From: an uncultured Acidobacteriota bacterium
GTDB taxonomy: Bacteria; Acidobacteriota; Terriglobia; Terriglobales; Acidobacteriaceae
DNA: 64,000 nucleotides
Reading direction: 5' to 3'
Assembly: GCA_963814745.1 (NCBI GenBank)
Contig: CAWFEA010000002.1
Location: 2,094 to 66,093 of the forward strand
The notes beneath the pieces were generated by a model. The model saw only the letters and a list, made by a program, of their open reading frames with translations. It was not told the origin of the DNA and did not search any database. The translations under genes and the position numbers were made by a program. This document shows, piece after piece, positions 28,859-37,411 of this stretch (position 1 is the first letter of the stretch; every line of letters begins with the position of its first letter).

Positions 28859-30033
28859 CCGCCGGGGCGGGGTTCGTCTTCTGGCTGTCGCTGCTTGGGA
28901 TTCTATACGCGTATTTTGGCTACCCCCTGATTTTGTTCTTTTGTTACGGGGTGGCACAGATCTTGCGCGATCTGCGTTATCTGATGAACCGCCGTGACCG
29001 CCGCCAGGCAGACCGCCCGGCAGAAGCGCTTCCGGCGCTGTCGATGCTGATCGCCGCCTACAACGAAGAAGAACATCTCGAGGAGAAGATCAGCAACATC
29101 GCCGCCCTCGATTACCCCGCGGACAAGTTTCAGGTCGTGATCGTTTCCGACGGCTCCAGCGACGGCACCAACCGCATTCTGCGCCAGGTCTCCGACCCGC
29201 GCATAGAGGTCGTGATCCAACCGGAACGCGGTGGAAAAGCCTTGGCGCTGAACGTCGCCCTGGAGCACGCTCGCCATGATCTTCTGGTGTTATCCGACTG
29301 CAGCACCATGTTCTCGCCTGATGCGCTGAGAAAATTGGTTCGTCATTTTTCCGACCCGGCAATCGGGCTGGTGTGTGGTTCCCTGCTCTTTGAAGCGGGC
29401 GCGGAATCGCGGCAGACCGAGGGCGTTTACTGGAAATATGAAACCGTGCTGCGCTTAATGGAGGCCCGCCTGGGCGCGACGCTTACCCCGAGCGGCGCGA
29501 TGTACGCGGTTCGCCGCGACGCCTATGCCCCGCCCCGGCAAGGCGCCGTGGTGGAAGACATCGTGACCTCGATGAACGCCCGCAGCCTGGGCTACAAGGT
29601 ACACTACGACCCTGAAGCCAAGGGCGTAGACTATCCCGCGCCCACCGTCGCCGGCGAATTCAAGCGCCGCGTGCGCATCGCGACCGGCAGTTTTCTGGCG
29701 CTGTCCTCCTTGTTGCGAGTGCCTCTGCGCGGCTTCACGGCTTTCGCGTTTGTATCGCACAAGCTGCTCCGCTGGATCGTTCCCTTGCTGTTGATTCTGG
29801 TCTTCGCCAGCAACCTGTTTCTGCTGGGGAAACCGCTCTACCGCGTATCGCTGCTGCTGCAAGTGGCTATTTATGTCTGGGCTGCCGTTGGCTTCGTCTT
29901 CCGCCGCCGGCTGCATCAAGTGCGTTTTGCGCTGGTCGGTTATTTTCTCGTGGCCATGAACCTGGCGTTCCTGGTCGGCCTGCTGCAATACCTCGCCGGC
30001 CGCAAGGAGAGTGCATGGCAGCGAGTGCAGTAG
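28855..30033 (+). CDS. Family 2 glycosyltransferase (membrane-associated, processive-type topology)
   Basis: LSMLIAAYNEEEHL, IVSDGSSDGT, a DxD-like SDC motif and C-terminal TM helices. ATGA overlap with the upstream gene. Confidence 0.8.
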   Translation: MTAGAGFVFWLSLLGILYAYFGYPLILFFCYGVAQILRDLRYLMNRRDRRQADRPAEALPALSMLIAAYNEEEHLEEKISNIAALDYPADKFQVVIVSDGSSDGTNRILRQVSDPRIEVVIQPERGGKALALNVALEHARHDLLVLSDCSTMFSPDALRKLVRHFSDPAIGLVCGSLLFEAGAESRQTEGVYWKYETVLRLMEARLGATLTPSGAMYAVRRDAYAPPRQGAVVEDIVTSMNARSLGYKVHYDPEAKGVDYPAPTVAGEFKRRVRIATGSFLALSSLLRVPLRGFTAFAFVSHKLLRWIVPLLLILVFASNLFLLGKPLYRVSLLLQVAIYVWAAVGFVFRRRLHQVRFALVGYFLVAMNLAFLVGLLQYLAGRKESAWQRVQ

Positions 30034-30813
30034 CGGGACTGCGGCCATCCGTTCCCGGCCTGCCGGTGCTGCTCTACCACGGAATCGGCGCTGGCGACCC
30101 GATGGCGCCTGACAAGTATTGCCTTCCGCTAGCCAACTTCCGCGCGCAACTGGAGTGGCTGCGCAGCCAGCATTTTTCCGCGCTGCCTCCGCAGGCGGTC
30201 GCCGATCCTTTGGCTTGCGGCCGCGCCGTCGTTATCAGTTTCGACGACGGGATGGAGAGCGATTATCGCGCGGCATTCCCTGTGCTGGCGGAGAGCGGCT
30301 TTCCCGCGACGTTCTTCATTAATACCGCCGAAGCCGGCAAATCCGGCCGTCTTGGCTGGTCCGAGATGCGCGAAATGCAGCAGGCCGGCATGTCTTTCCA
30401 GTCGCATGGGCACCACCACGTCGAACTATTCGCAGGTGAGTTCGCGGGCCGCGGGGGCCGAGCTTCGGCTTTCGCGCGCGATGCTGGAACAGAACCTCGG
30501 TCGGCGCGCCGATTGCTTCTCGGCTCCCTATGGCCTGCTGTCCGATCGCCTGATCCGGGCGGCTCGCGAGGCGGGATTCCAATTCATTTTTTCTTCGCGA
30601 AGCTGGCCGGTCCGTCCGGGTCAGGCAGCGGCCGGCCGCCTGGCAATTTACCGGGGCACGACCCTCGGCGAGTTCCGCTCCCTGGTCGGATGCGCGATGC
30701 TACCGCTGCTGCGGCGAGGGTTGCGCGAGGCGGCGTTGCTCATTCCCAGACGGCTACTCCTCCGGGTCCGGCCGCAGTGGCTGGGAGTTGCGGTTTTCGA
30801 GGAAAATCCATGA
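30015..30813 (+). pseudogene. Polysaccharide deacetylase (PEP-CTERM-locus type), frame-disrupted near 30425-30460
   Basis: The N-terminal half in frame 3 (ISFDDGMESDY, ATFFINT, SHGHHH) continues in frame 1 (AELRLSRAMLEQNLGRRADCFSAPYG...FQFIFSS), ending at TGA 30811-30813. A G5 run at 30453-30457 is a candidate 1-nt insertion site. Confidence 0.65.
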
Positions 30814-31965
30814 AGGCCCCGCGGCAGCTTCATGTGTTCGTGCTGATCGATGCTCTCGGCTGGAGCCTCATCGAAAACAGCTCATTCCTGCGCGAGTATC
30901 TTCCCCACCGCCAGGGGTTGCGGACGCAACTGGGGTTCAGTTCAGGCGTAATCCCTTCCATTCTCAGCGGCTTGACGCCCGCCCAAAACGGAATATGGAA
31001 TCTCGTTTACTTCGATCCTGATCACTCGCCGTTTCGCTGGATGCGGCGCTTGAACTTTCTTCCCTACGGCCTGCTGGACAACCGCCTCGGACGGCGGTTC
31101 ATGACCGAACTAGGTCGCCGCGCGCTCGGCCTCGGTCCGGGCTTCGACTGCTGCGTCAGTCCGAAGTTGCTCTCATGGTTCAACTGGACCGAACGGCGCA
31201 ACATCTATGCCCGGGGCGGACTCGGAGCTACGCCTTCGATCTTCGACCAACTCGCAGAGCAGCAGATTCCCTATTGCGCGTATTCGTATCGCGACGGCGT
31301 TACCGACCAGCAGATATTGACTCAAGCCACGATTGACGTTCGAAACAGTCAGGCCGGCTTTTTCTTTCCTCTACCTGTGCGAGATGGACGGTTTTCTGCA
31401 CGCGCACTGCGACGATGCGGAAAAGATCGCCGACAAACTGGCCTGGTATGAACAGAACCTCGATCGGCTGTTCGCGGCCGCACTGCGGCGCGATCCGGAG
31501 GCGAAGTTCTTCCTTTTTTCAGACCACGGGATGGCGCCGGTGCGTCGGTATTACGATCTCGTGGCCGACATCGAAGCGTGCGCCATGCGCATGCCCCTGG
31601 ATTACCTCGCCGTGTACGATTCGACCATGGCCCGCTTCTGGTTTTTCTCCCCTGAGGCGCGCGCGGCCATCACCGATTGTTTGCGGCGCGTGCCCTGTGG
31701 CCGGCTTCTGCCCGAAGCTGAGCTGCGGCAACTGGGCGTGTTTTTCCCCGACAACCGCTACGGCGAAGCGATTCTGCTGATGGAACCGGGAACGCTTATC
31801 TCCACCAGCGGCTTCAATGGGGCCGGCTGGAAGCCCGCCGGCATGCACGGATACCACCCGGATGACCCGCATTCAGAAGCGGTTTTTCTCACCAATCGCG
31901 AGCCTCGATTCCCCCTCGCGACGGTAACCGACATCTACCGCTGCATGCACGAGTCCGTGTCATGA
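30810..31965 (+). pseudogene. Alkaline-phosphatase superfamily protein (type I phosphodiesterase/nucleotide pyrophosphatase-like), frame-disrupted near 31359-31370
   Basis: The N-terminal part (HVFVLIDALGWSL...) is in frame 3. The C-terminal part (FLYLCEMDGFLHAHC, FLFSDHGM, GMHGYHP) is in frame 1. A T5 run at 31359-31363 lies at the junction. ATGA overlaps occur at both ends. Confidence 0.65.
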
Positions 31966-33113
31966 CCGAAGCCTCTCAATTGGCCCGGCTGCCGGTCTGC
32001 ATGTTCAACAACGCGACGGTTCGCGCGGGCACGGAAGAGCATATGCTCGGGCTCATGCAGCGGCTTAACCGGGACATATTCACCCTCTCGCTGGCCTGTC
32101 CACCCGAACTGCTTGAGTTGTTCGGCAAGGATCTTCCCGCCGACGTGGAAGTGCTCCCGGTCTCGCTGCTTTATCCGAGCGATTGCCGTGCCGTGATTCG
32201 CTTCGCCCATTTCTTGCGCGAAAAGAAAATCCAGATCGTGCATTCGCACGGTTTTCGTTCGAGCGTGGTGGCATCGCCCGTCGCCTATTGGTCCGGCGTT
32301 CCCGCCGTACTGGAAACTCCGCACATCCGCGAGCACTGGCGTCGCGGCTGGAAATCGAATTTTGCTATCGACCGCCTCGCTGGACGCTCGGTAGGCGCTT
32401 ATATCGCGGTCTCCGACGCCAATCGGCGCTACCTGATTCAGAAGAAGCGGCTGCCCGCGGAGAAGATCCACCTGATTCGCAACGGCTGCGAAATCGAAAA
32501 GTTCGATCCATGTTATCCGCCGCAACTCGCGCTCAAGCGGCAACTTGGATTTGCCGATGACGACCCTGTTCTGCTCTTGCTGGGCAGGCTCGAACCGCAG
32601 AAGGGACACTCCGTTCTTTTTCGCGCTCTCAAAGAAGTTCTGCGGGAGTTTCCGCGGACACGTCTCGTCTGTGTTGGTGAAGGAGCGTTGCGAGCGGCAC
32701 TGGAGGCCGAGATTCAGCAGCTCGAACTCACCGCGTCCATCCGACTCGTCGGCTATCAAGCGAACGTCCCGGACTGGTTTTCGATTGCCGATGTTTGCGT
32801 CTTGCCTTCCTTTTTCGAAGGGCTGCCACTGTTCGCCATCGAGTGTCTGGCCGCAGGAAGAGCCATGGTTGCCACTGCCGTCGACGGTACGCCTGAGGTC
32901 ATCATTAACGAGAAGACAGGGCTCACGGTGCCGGCCGGAGATGCCTCGGGCCTGGCCGGGGCAATCGTGCGGCTCCTGGGCGATCCGGGCTTGCGGAGGC
33001 GGCTCGGCGCCGCCGGACGAAGCCGGGTCGAAGCCCATTTCAACCTGTCGCGCCAGGTGCGCGAGACCGAAGCACTCTATTGCGAGCTTTGGCGGCGGCG
33101 TAGCGGCGCATAG
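31962..33113 (+). CDS. Family 4 (GT-B, Glycos_transf_1) glycosyltransferase
   Basis: The C-terminal EGLPLFAIECLAAGRAMVAT...E motif is typical of GT4 (EX7E region), and the N-terminal Glyco_trans_4-like half is present. Confidence 0.85.
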   Translation: MTEASQLARLPVCMFNNATVRAGTEEHMLGLMQRLNRDIFTLSLACPPELLELFGKDLPADVEVLPVSLLYPSDCRAVIRFAHFLREKKIQIVHSHGFRSSVVASPVAYWSGVPAVLETPHIREHWRRGWKSNFAIDRLAGRSVGAYIAVSDANRRYLIQKKRLPAEKIHLIRNGCEIEKFDPCYPPQLALKRQLGFADDDPVLLLLGRLEPQKGHSVLFRALKEVLREFPRTRLVCVGEGALRAALEAEIQQLELTASIRLVGYQANVPDWFSIADVCVLPSFFEGLPLFAIECLAAGRAMVATAVDGTPEVIINEKTGLTVPAGDASGLAGAIVRLLGDPGLRRRLGAAGRSRVEAHFNLSRQVRETEALYCELWRRRSGA

Positions 33114-33199
33114 TTTGTTCGAACGGTTGAAGGCAGCCGATGGCGGCTGCCGGAAAGATAGAGACGTATCGCGCAAAGTCAGTTTAGAGGAACCAGAAC

Positions 33200-34201
33200 A
33201 TGAGCGTTGCCCCGGATGCGTCGAACCCAAAAAGTAAGGTCGTGATCCGCGCTGTGACCGACGAGTCACTGGCCGCCACCGTCCGCGAATCCATGGAGCT
33301 TTGCGGATGGCGCGATCTGGTGGCGCCCAACAGCACCGTCGTCGTCAAACCGAATCTTTGCACGGCCGTACCGGAAAAGTGCGCCATGTCGAACACCGAT
33401 CCGCGCATCACGGCGGCGGTCTGCGAACTGTTGCTGACCCGCACCAGCAACGTCTATGTGGTCGAATCCGATGGTCTGCGGCAAACCGCGTGGAAGGCGT
33501 TTGCGGCCACCGGCTACAACGAATTCGCCCATCGGCTCGGGGTCAAGCTGGTCAACCTGAGCGAAGAGGCGCAGGATGAAGTGGATGTTCCTCCCGCCGG
33601 GCTCGTCAAGCTACCACGGCTCATGCTGCGCTGCGACGCCTTCATCACGCTCCCGGTTCTGAAAACCCACGCGCTCACCTACTTCACCGGAGCCATCAAG
33701 AACCAGTGGGGATGCGTCCCGCAATACGACCGCATCCTGCTGCATCGCTATCTCGACCCGATGCTGGCCGAGCTGCACGCAATCTTTAAGCCCGTGCTGG
33801 TGGTTATGGACAGCATCATCGCCATGGAAGGCCGCGGGCCCGCCAACGGAAAACCTCGCCGGCTCGATTTGCTTCTGGCCAGCCGCGACTCGGTTGCGAT
33901 TGACGCCACGGCCATGCGCCTCGCCAAGCTCGATCCCAATCTCTGCCGCCACCTGCTGCTGACGGCAGAAAAAGGGCTCGGCACCATCGAGGCGTCGGGA
34001 ATTGAAATCGATGGCGATTTCGCGCGCTACGCCACTCCATTTGAACCGGCCATACTCGACAAGGCGATCGCGGCCATGGATTATATGACCCGTTATCGCT
34101 GGTTCGTGCGCTACATGCTGGAAAAGGACTTTATTTTTTATCCCATCCGCGCCGTCGTGCAGGTGTTGCGGAAGCTCGGCGTCGTCGAGGGCGGCAACTA
34201 A
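33200..34201 (+). CDS. DUF362 domain protein embedded in the EPS operon
   Basis: Canonical DUF362 blocks: STVVVKPNLCTA...TDPRITAAVCELLL...VYVVESDG and LPVLKTHALTYFTGAIKNQWGCVP. No signal peptide and no ferredoxin domain. Confidence 0.75.
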   Translation: MSVAPDASNPKSKVVIRAVTDESLAATVRESMELCGWRDLVAPNSTVVVKPNLCTAVPEKCAMSNTDPRITAAVCELLLTRTSNVYVVESDGLRQTAWKAFAATGYNEFAHRLGVKLVNLSEEAQDEVDVPPAGLVKLPRLMLRCDAFITLPVLKTHALTYFTGAIKNQWGCVPQYDRILLHRYLDPMLAELHAIFKPVLVVMDSIIAMEGRGPANGKPRRLDLLLASRDSVAIDATAMRLAKLDPNLCRHLLLTAEKGLGTIEASGIEIDGDFARYATPFEPAILDKAIAAMDYMTRYRWFVRYMLEKDFIFYPIRAVVQVLRKLGVVEGGN

Positions 34202-34204
34202 CGT

Positions 34205-35431
34205 ATGCGCATCCTGTTCACATCTCTCGCATTCCCCTTCCCGCCCAACAAGGGACACCGTGTGCGAAACCACAGCTTGCTGCTGGCGCTCGCCCGCGAA
34301 GGCCATCGGGTGACGCTGGCGGCGTTCGCCGGCCCCAATGACGGCCCACATCTGCGACAGGCGGAAGGCTGCTGCGAACGGTTTATCACCGTGCCGGAGC
34401 CGCAACCGCGCCTGCCTCGCGATCTGCTGTCGCGACTGCATGCGGCCGCCACGGCAACGCCGTTCGGAGTGAAGCGATTCTCGCAGCCCTCGATGGCACA
34501 GGCCTTGCTGGCTGAACTGCGCCGGGACGCCTATGACGCGGTCTTCTGCGACGACATCTACATGTTCAGCAACCTGCCTCCAGGCATCGATTTGCCGGTA
34601 TTGCTGAACAAGCATGACCTCACGTACGAGATCATGGAACGTTATGCCGCTTATGAGAACAACCCGGTGAAGCGCGCGTACATACGCCTGGAAGCCGGCA
34701 ACGTGCGACGCTGGGAAATGCGCGTCTGCGCTTCCGCCGGCGCCGTGCTCGCCTGCTCGGATCGCGACCGGCAGATCATTCAGAGGTCTTGTCCTCGGAC
34801 TCCGGTCTGCGTGGTTCCCAATGTGATCGACGTCGAGAGCTATCTGCCCGACGGTGTGCCCGGCAGAGACGACGGACGAACCTTGCTCTATATCGGCGCC
34901 ATGGATTGGCATCCGAACCGTGATGCGGTCCGTTACTTCGTGCGCGATATCTTTCCCCTCATACGCCGACTCGTGCCCGGCGTTTGTTTCGTAGTGGCGG
35001 GTCGCGGCGCGGCGCGCGAACTGCGGGATTCGCTGCGGGCTGACGACGTGGTGTTTACCGGAGAGGTGTCGGACATGGGGGCGCAACTTGCAGCCGCTAC
35101 CGTCAGCGTTGTTCCATTACGCATCGGCAGCGGCACGCGGCTGAAGATTATCGAAGCGGCGGCCATGGAAAAGGCCACGGTATCGACATCGCTCGGCGCC
35201 GAAGGTCTGGAGTTCAGCGCTCCGGATGAGATTATACTTGCCGATACGGCGGAAACCTTTGCACGCGCAACGGCTGAGCTGTTGAACGCGCCTGAGCGTC
35301 GCGCGCGAATGGGCAGCCAAGCCCGGACACGCGCGGTAGGATCTTATAGCATCGCCGCGCTGCAAACAGCGCTGCGATCAGCCCTGTCCGTCATCGGTTC
35401 CTCGGAACGGCTGGCGGACTCCCGCGCCTAG
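34205..35431 (+). CDS. Family 4 (GT-B) glycosyltransferase
   Basis: MRILFTSLAFPFPPNKGHRVR N-terminus and a C-terminal GSGTRLKIIEAAAMEKATVST...E motif. Confidence 0.85.
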   Translation: MRILFTSLAFPFPPNKGHRVRNHSLLLALAREGHRVTLAAFAGPNDGPHLRQAEGCCERFITVPEPQPRLPRDLLSRLHAAATATPFGVKRFSQPSMAQALLAELRRDAYDAVFCDDIYMFSNLPPGIDLPVLLNKHDLTYEIMERYAAYENNPVKRAYIRLEAGNVRRWEMRVCASAGAVLACSDRDRQIIQRSCPRTPVCVVPNVIDVESYLPDGVPGRDDGRTLLYIGAMDWHPNRDAVRYFVRDIFPLIRRLVPGVCFVVAGRGAARELRDSLRADDVVFTGEVSDMGAQLAAATVSVVPLRIGSGTRLKIIEAAAMEKATVSTSLGAEGLEFSAPDEIILADTAETFARATAELLNAPERRARMGSQARTRAVGSYSIAALQTALRSALSVIGSSERLADSRA

Positions 35432-35432
35432 C

Positions 35433-37055
35433 ATGGACTCTGGGGCGAAAGCGGTTAACGCCGGCGAAACCAATGCGAAGGAGTCGATGACCGGCGCCTC
35501 ACCCAACCCGACAAGTCCCGCTCGCCGCTCGGAACTGCCGCTACGCAGCATCGTCTCGAACTGGGCCGGGTTGGTCGTCAACGGCGTGCTTTCCTTTGTC
35601 TTGACGCCGTTGCTGGTTCGCGGCCTGGGCGACACTTACTTTGCGATGTGGATGCTGGTGACGTCTCTGCTGGAGTCCTCCTGGCTATTGGACTTTGGCA
35701 TGCGGACCACGGTCTTCCGGTTCGTGGCGCGTTACCAGGGCGCCAAGCAGCGCGATGCCCTGGATGAGACGTTCGCTTCGGGTTTTGCCATCTCTTCCGG
35801 CGTGGCGGCCGTGATCCTGCTGTTATCCTGCGCTTCGCTGTTCATTCTGCCATCTCTGTTCGCCATCACCGGCGATAGCGCGGACACATTCAGGTGGCTG
35901 CTGATCCTGTCGGGCGCATCGGTTGCAATCAGCTTCTGCGCCCAGTTCCTGGGAACTTACCTGTGCGCGGCGCGGCGCTTCGACCTCAACAACCTCACCA
36001 GCGCTGGTACCGGCCTGGTCCGTGCCGTGCTGATTGTCGCGGCTCTTCACCTTCACCACGGAGTCTTGTTCGTTGCCGCCACGGCTCTGGCGTCTTCGCT
36101 GCTATCGCTCGTGGTGAGCGCTTACCTGCTCCGCGTCGCCGATCCTGCTCTCTCGTTTCGTCTCCACAACATCAAACTGGGCCGCATCCGCGAACTGGTG
36201 GGATTCAGCAGTTCGGCGTTCCTCGGCAACGCCGGCGACCAGTTGCGATTTTTCGTCGATTCCATCGTGATTGGACGGGTTCTCACAGTTGCCATGATCA
36301 CGCCCTACAATATCGCCGGACGCCTGGTATTGCTGTTCCGCCAGTTGGCGCTGGCTCTGGCCAGTCCCTTTGCCGGCGTGATGAGTGAGTTGGAAGGACA
36401 GCAGAAGCATGCGGACTTGCAGGCTTACTTCCTGATGGCGACGCGTCTTACCTCGCTGCTGAGCGTTTTCATCAGCCTCATGTTGCTGGTCAATGGATGG
36501 CCGCTCATCCGTTTCTGGGTGGGCGACGCATACTCCACTTCGTATACTTTGCTGCTTGTGCTGCTGACCGGTTATTGCCTCATGCTGGCGCAGCAACCAT
36601 CGGCTGATCTTCTCATCGCCAAGGGCAGCCATCAGCTTCGCGGATGGTGGACGCTGGCCGAGGGGCTGGCAAACCTCGGGTTGAGCATTTACTGGGGCCA
36701 TCGTTATGGGCTGATCGGTATCGCTCTCGGAACGGCGGTCCCGATGATCACTATCCAGGTACTGGTTCAACCCTGGTACACGCTTCACGTTGCCGCTATC
36801 CCAATGCACCGGTACTTCAAAGAAGGAATCGGGCGCCCCCTGCTCGTCGCCTTGATTTTCGTCGCTGTCTGCGCCTTGGCGCGGCCATGGCTTCATGCGC
36901 CCGATCTGGCGCATTTTGTCTTCGCCCTGGCATGGCAATGTGCGCTCCTGGTGCTGCTGACGACAACCATCGGCTTGCGCCGGCGCGAGCGGGCCTGGCT
37001 GATCGATAGCATCAGCCGCACGCGCTTCACAGCCGGTTCACGCCCATCCGCATAA
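35433..37055 (+). CDS. Polysaccharide flippase (Wzx-like, MOP superfamily)
   Basis: About 12-14 TM segments and a Polysacc_synt-type N-terminus (SIVSNWAGLVVNGVLSFVLTPLLVRGLGDTYFAMW). Confidence 0.75.
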   Translation: MDSGAKAVNAGETNAKESMTGASPNPTSPARRSELPLRSIVSNWAGLVVNGVLSFVLTPLLVRGLGDTYFAMWMLVTSLLESSWLLDFGMRTTVFRFVARYQGAKQRDALDETFASGFAISSGVAAVILLLSCASLFILPSLFAITGDSADTFRWLLILSGASVAISFCAQFLGTYLCAARRFDLNNLTSAGTGLVRAVLIVAALHLHHGVLFVAATALASSLLSLVVSAYLLRVADPALSFRLHNIKLGRIRELVGFSSSAFLGNAGDQLRFFVDSIVIGRVLTVAMITPYNIAGRLVLLFRQLALALASPFAGVMSELEGQQKHADLQAYFLMATRLTSLLSVFISLMLLVNGWPLIRFWVGDAYSTSYTLLLVLLTGYCLMLAQQPSADLLIAKGSHQLRGWWTLAEGLANLGLSIYWGHRYGLIGIALGTAVPMITIQVLVQPWYTLHVAAIPMHRYFKEGIGRPLLVALIFVAVCALARPWLHAPDLAHFVFALAWQCALLVLLTTTIGLRRRERAWLIDSISRTRFTAGSRPSA

Positions 37056-37363
37056 TCCCCAAATCCCCTGCGGGTTGATCCCGCAATTCCGGCCGGAATC
37101 GCCCTCGGCCCGAACAGCTATTTCGCAGCCAACGGCCCTGGCGCGGAGCATTTCGCCAGGTGTACCGGGCTAGCGCGGATTTCCCCGCCGCCTTGGCAAC
37201 GGCGGCTGCCGGGCAGCCTATTTGCACAAAATGCACCCTCGCTCGGGCAGGAATAGAAGAAATACTTTTCCTGAAAGTTACACTTGGCTGCGCAACCCCT
37301 TGCTCCCCGCTTCGTAATCTTAATCAAATCAACCGTTTACAATTTTGAAATCGATTTAAAGTC

Positions 37364-37379
37364 TGGCAGAAAGAATGCA
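37364..37379 (+). promoter_or_regulatory. Candidate sigma-54 (-24/-12) promoter upstream of xrtA
   Basis: TGGCAG-AAAGA-ATGCA, with the GG and GC dinucleotides at the exact consensus spacing (consensus TGGCAC-N5-TTGCA). It ends 33 nt upstream of the xrtA ATG. Two sigma-54 activators are encoded in the same island. Confidence 0.4.
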
Positions 37380-37411
37380 CCTTTGGTAACGTCGTACGTA
37401 CATGTGCACAA

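Noticed and set aside
30015-31451. Single 478-aa ORF spanning the deacetylase and phosphodiesterase regions
   Set aside because: The middle part (EFAGRGGRASAFARDAGTEP...GSGSGRPPGNLPG...) is low-complexity read-through. Conserved blocks of two different families lie in other frames. It is better explained as two frame-disrupted genes joined by an ATGA overlap at 30810.
31935-33269. 444-aa ORF on the - strand
   Set aside because: It is antisense to the GT4 glycosyltransferase and has no recognisable domain. It is a GC-driven open frame.
33611-35086. 491-aa ORF on the - strand
   Set aside because: It is antisense to the DUF362 and GT4 genes, which have clear family motifs. Its composition is low-complexity and Arg/His-rich.
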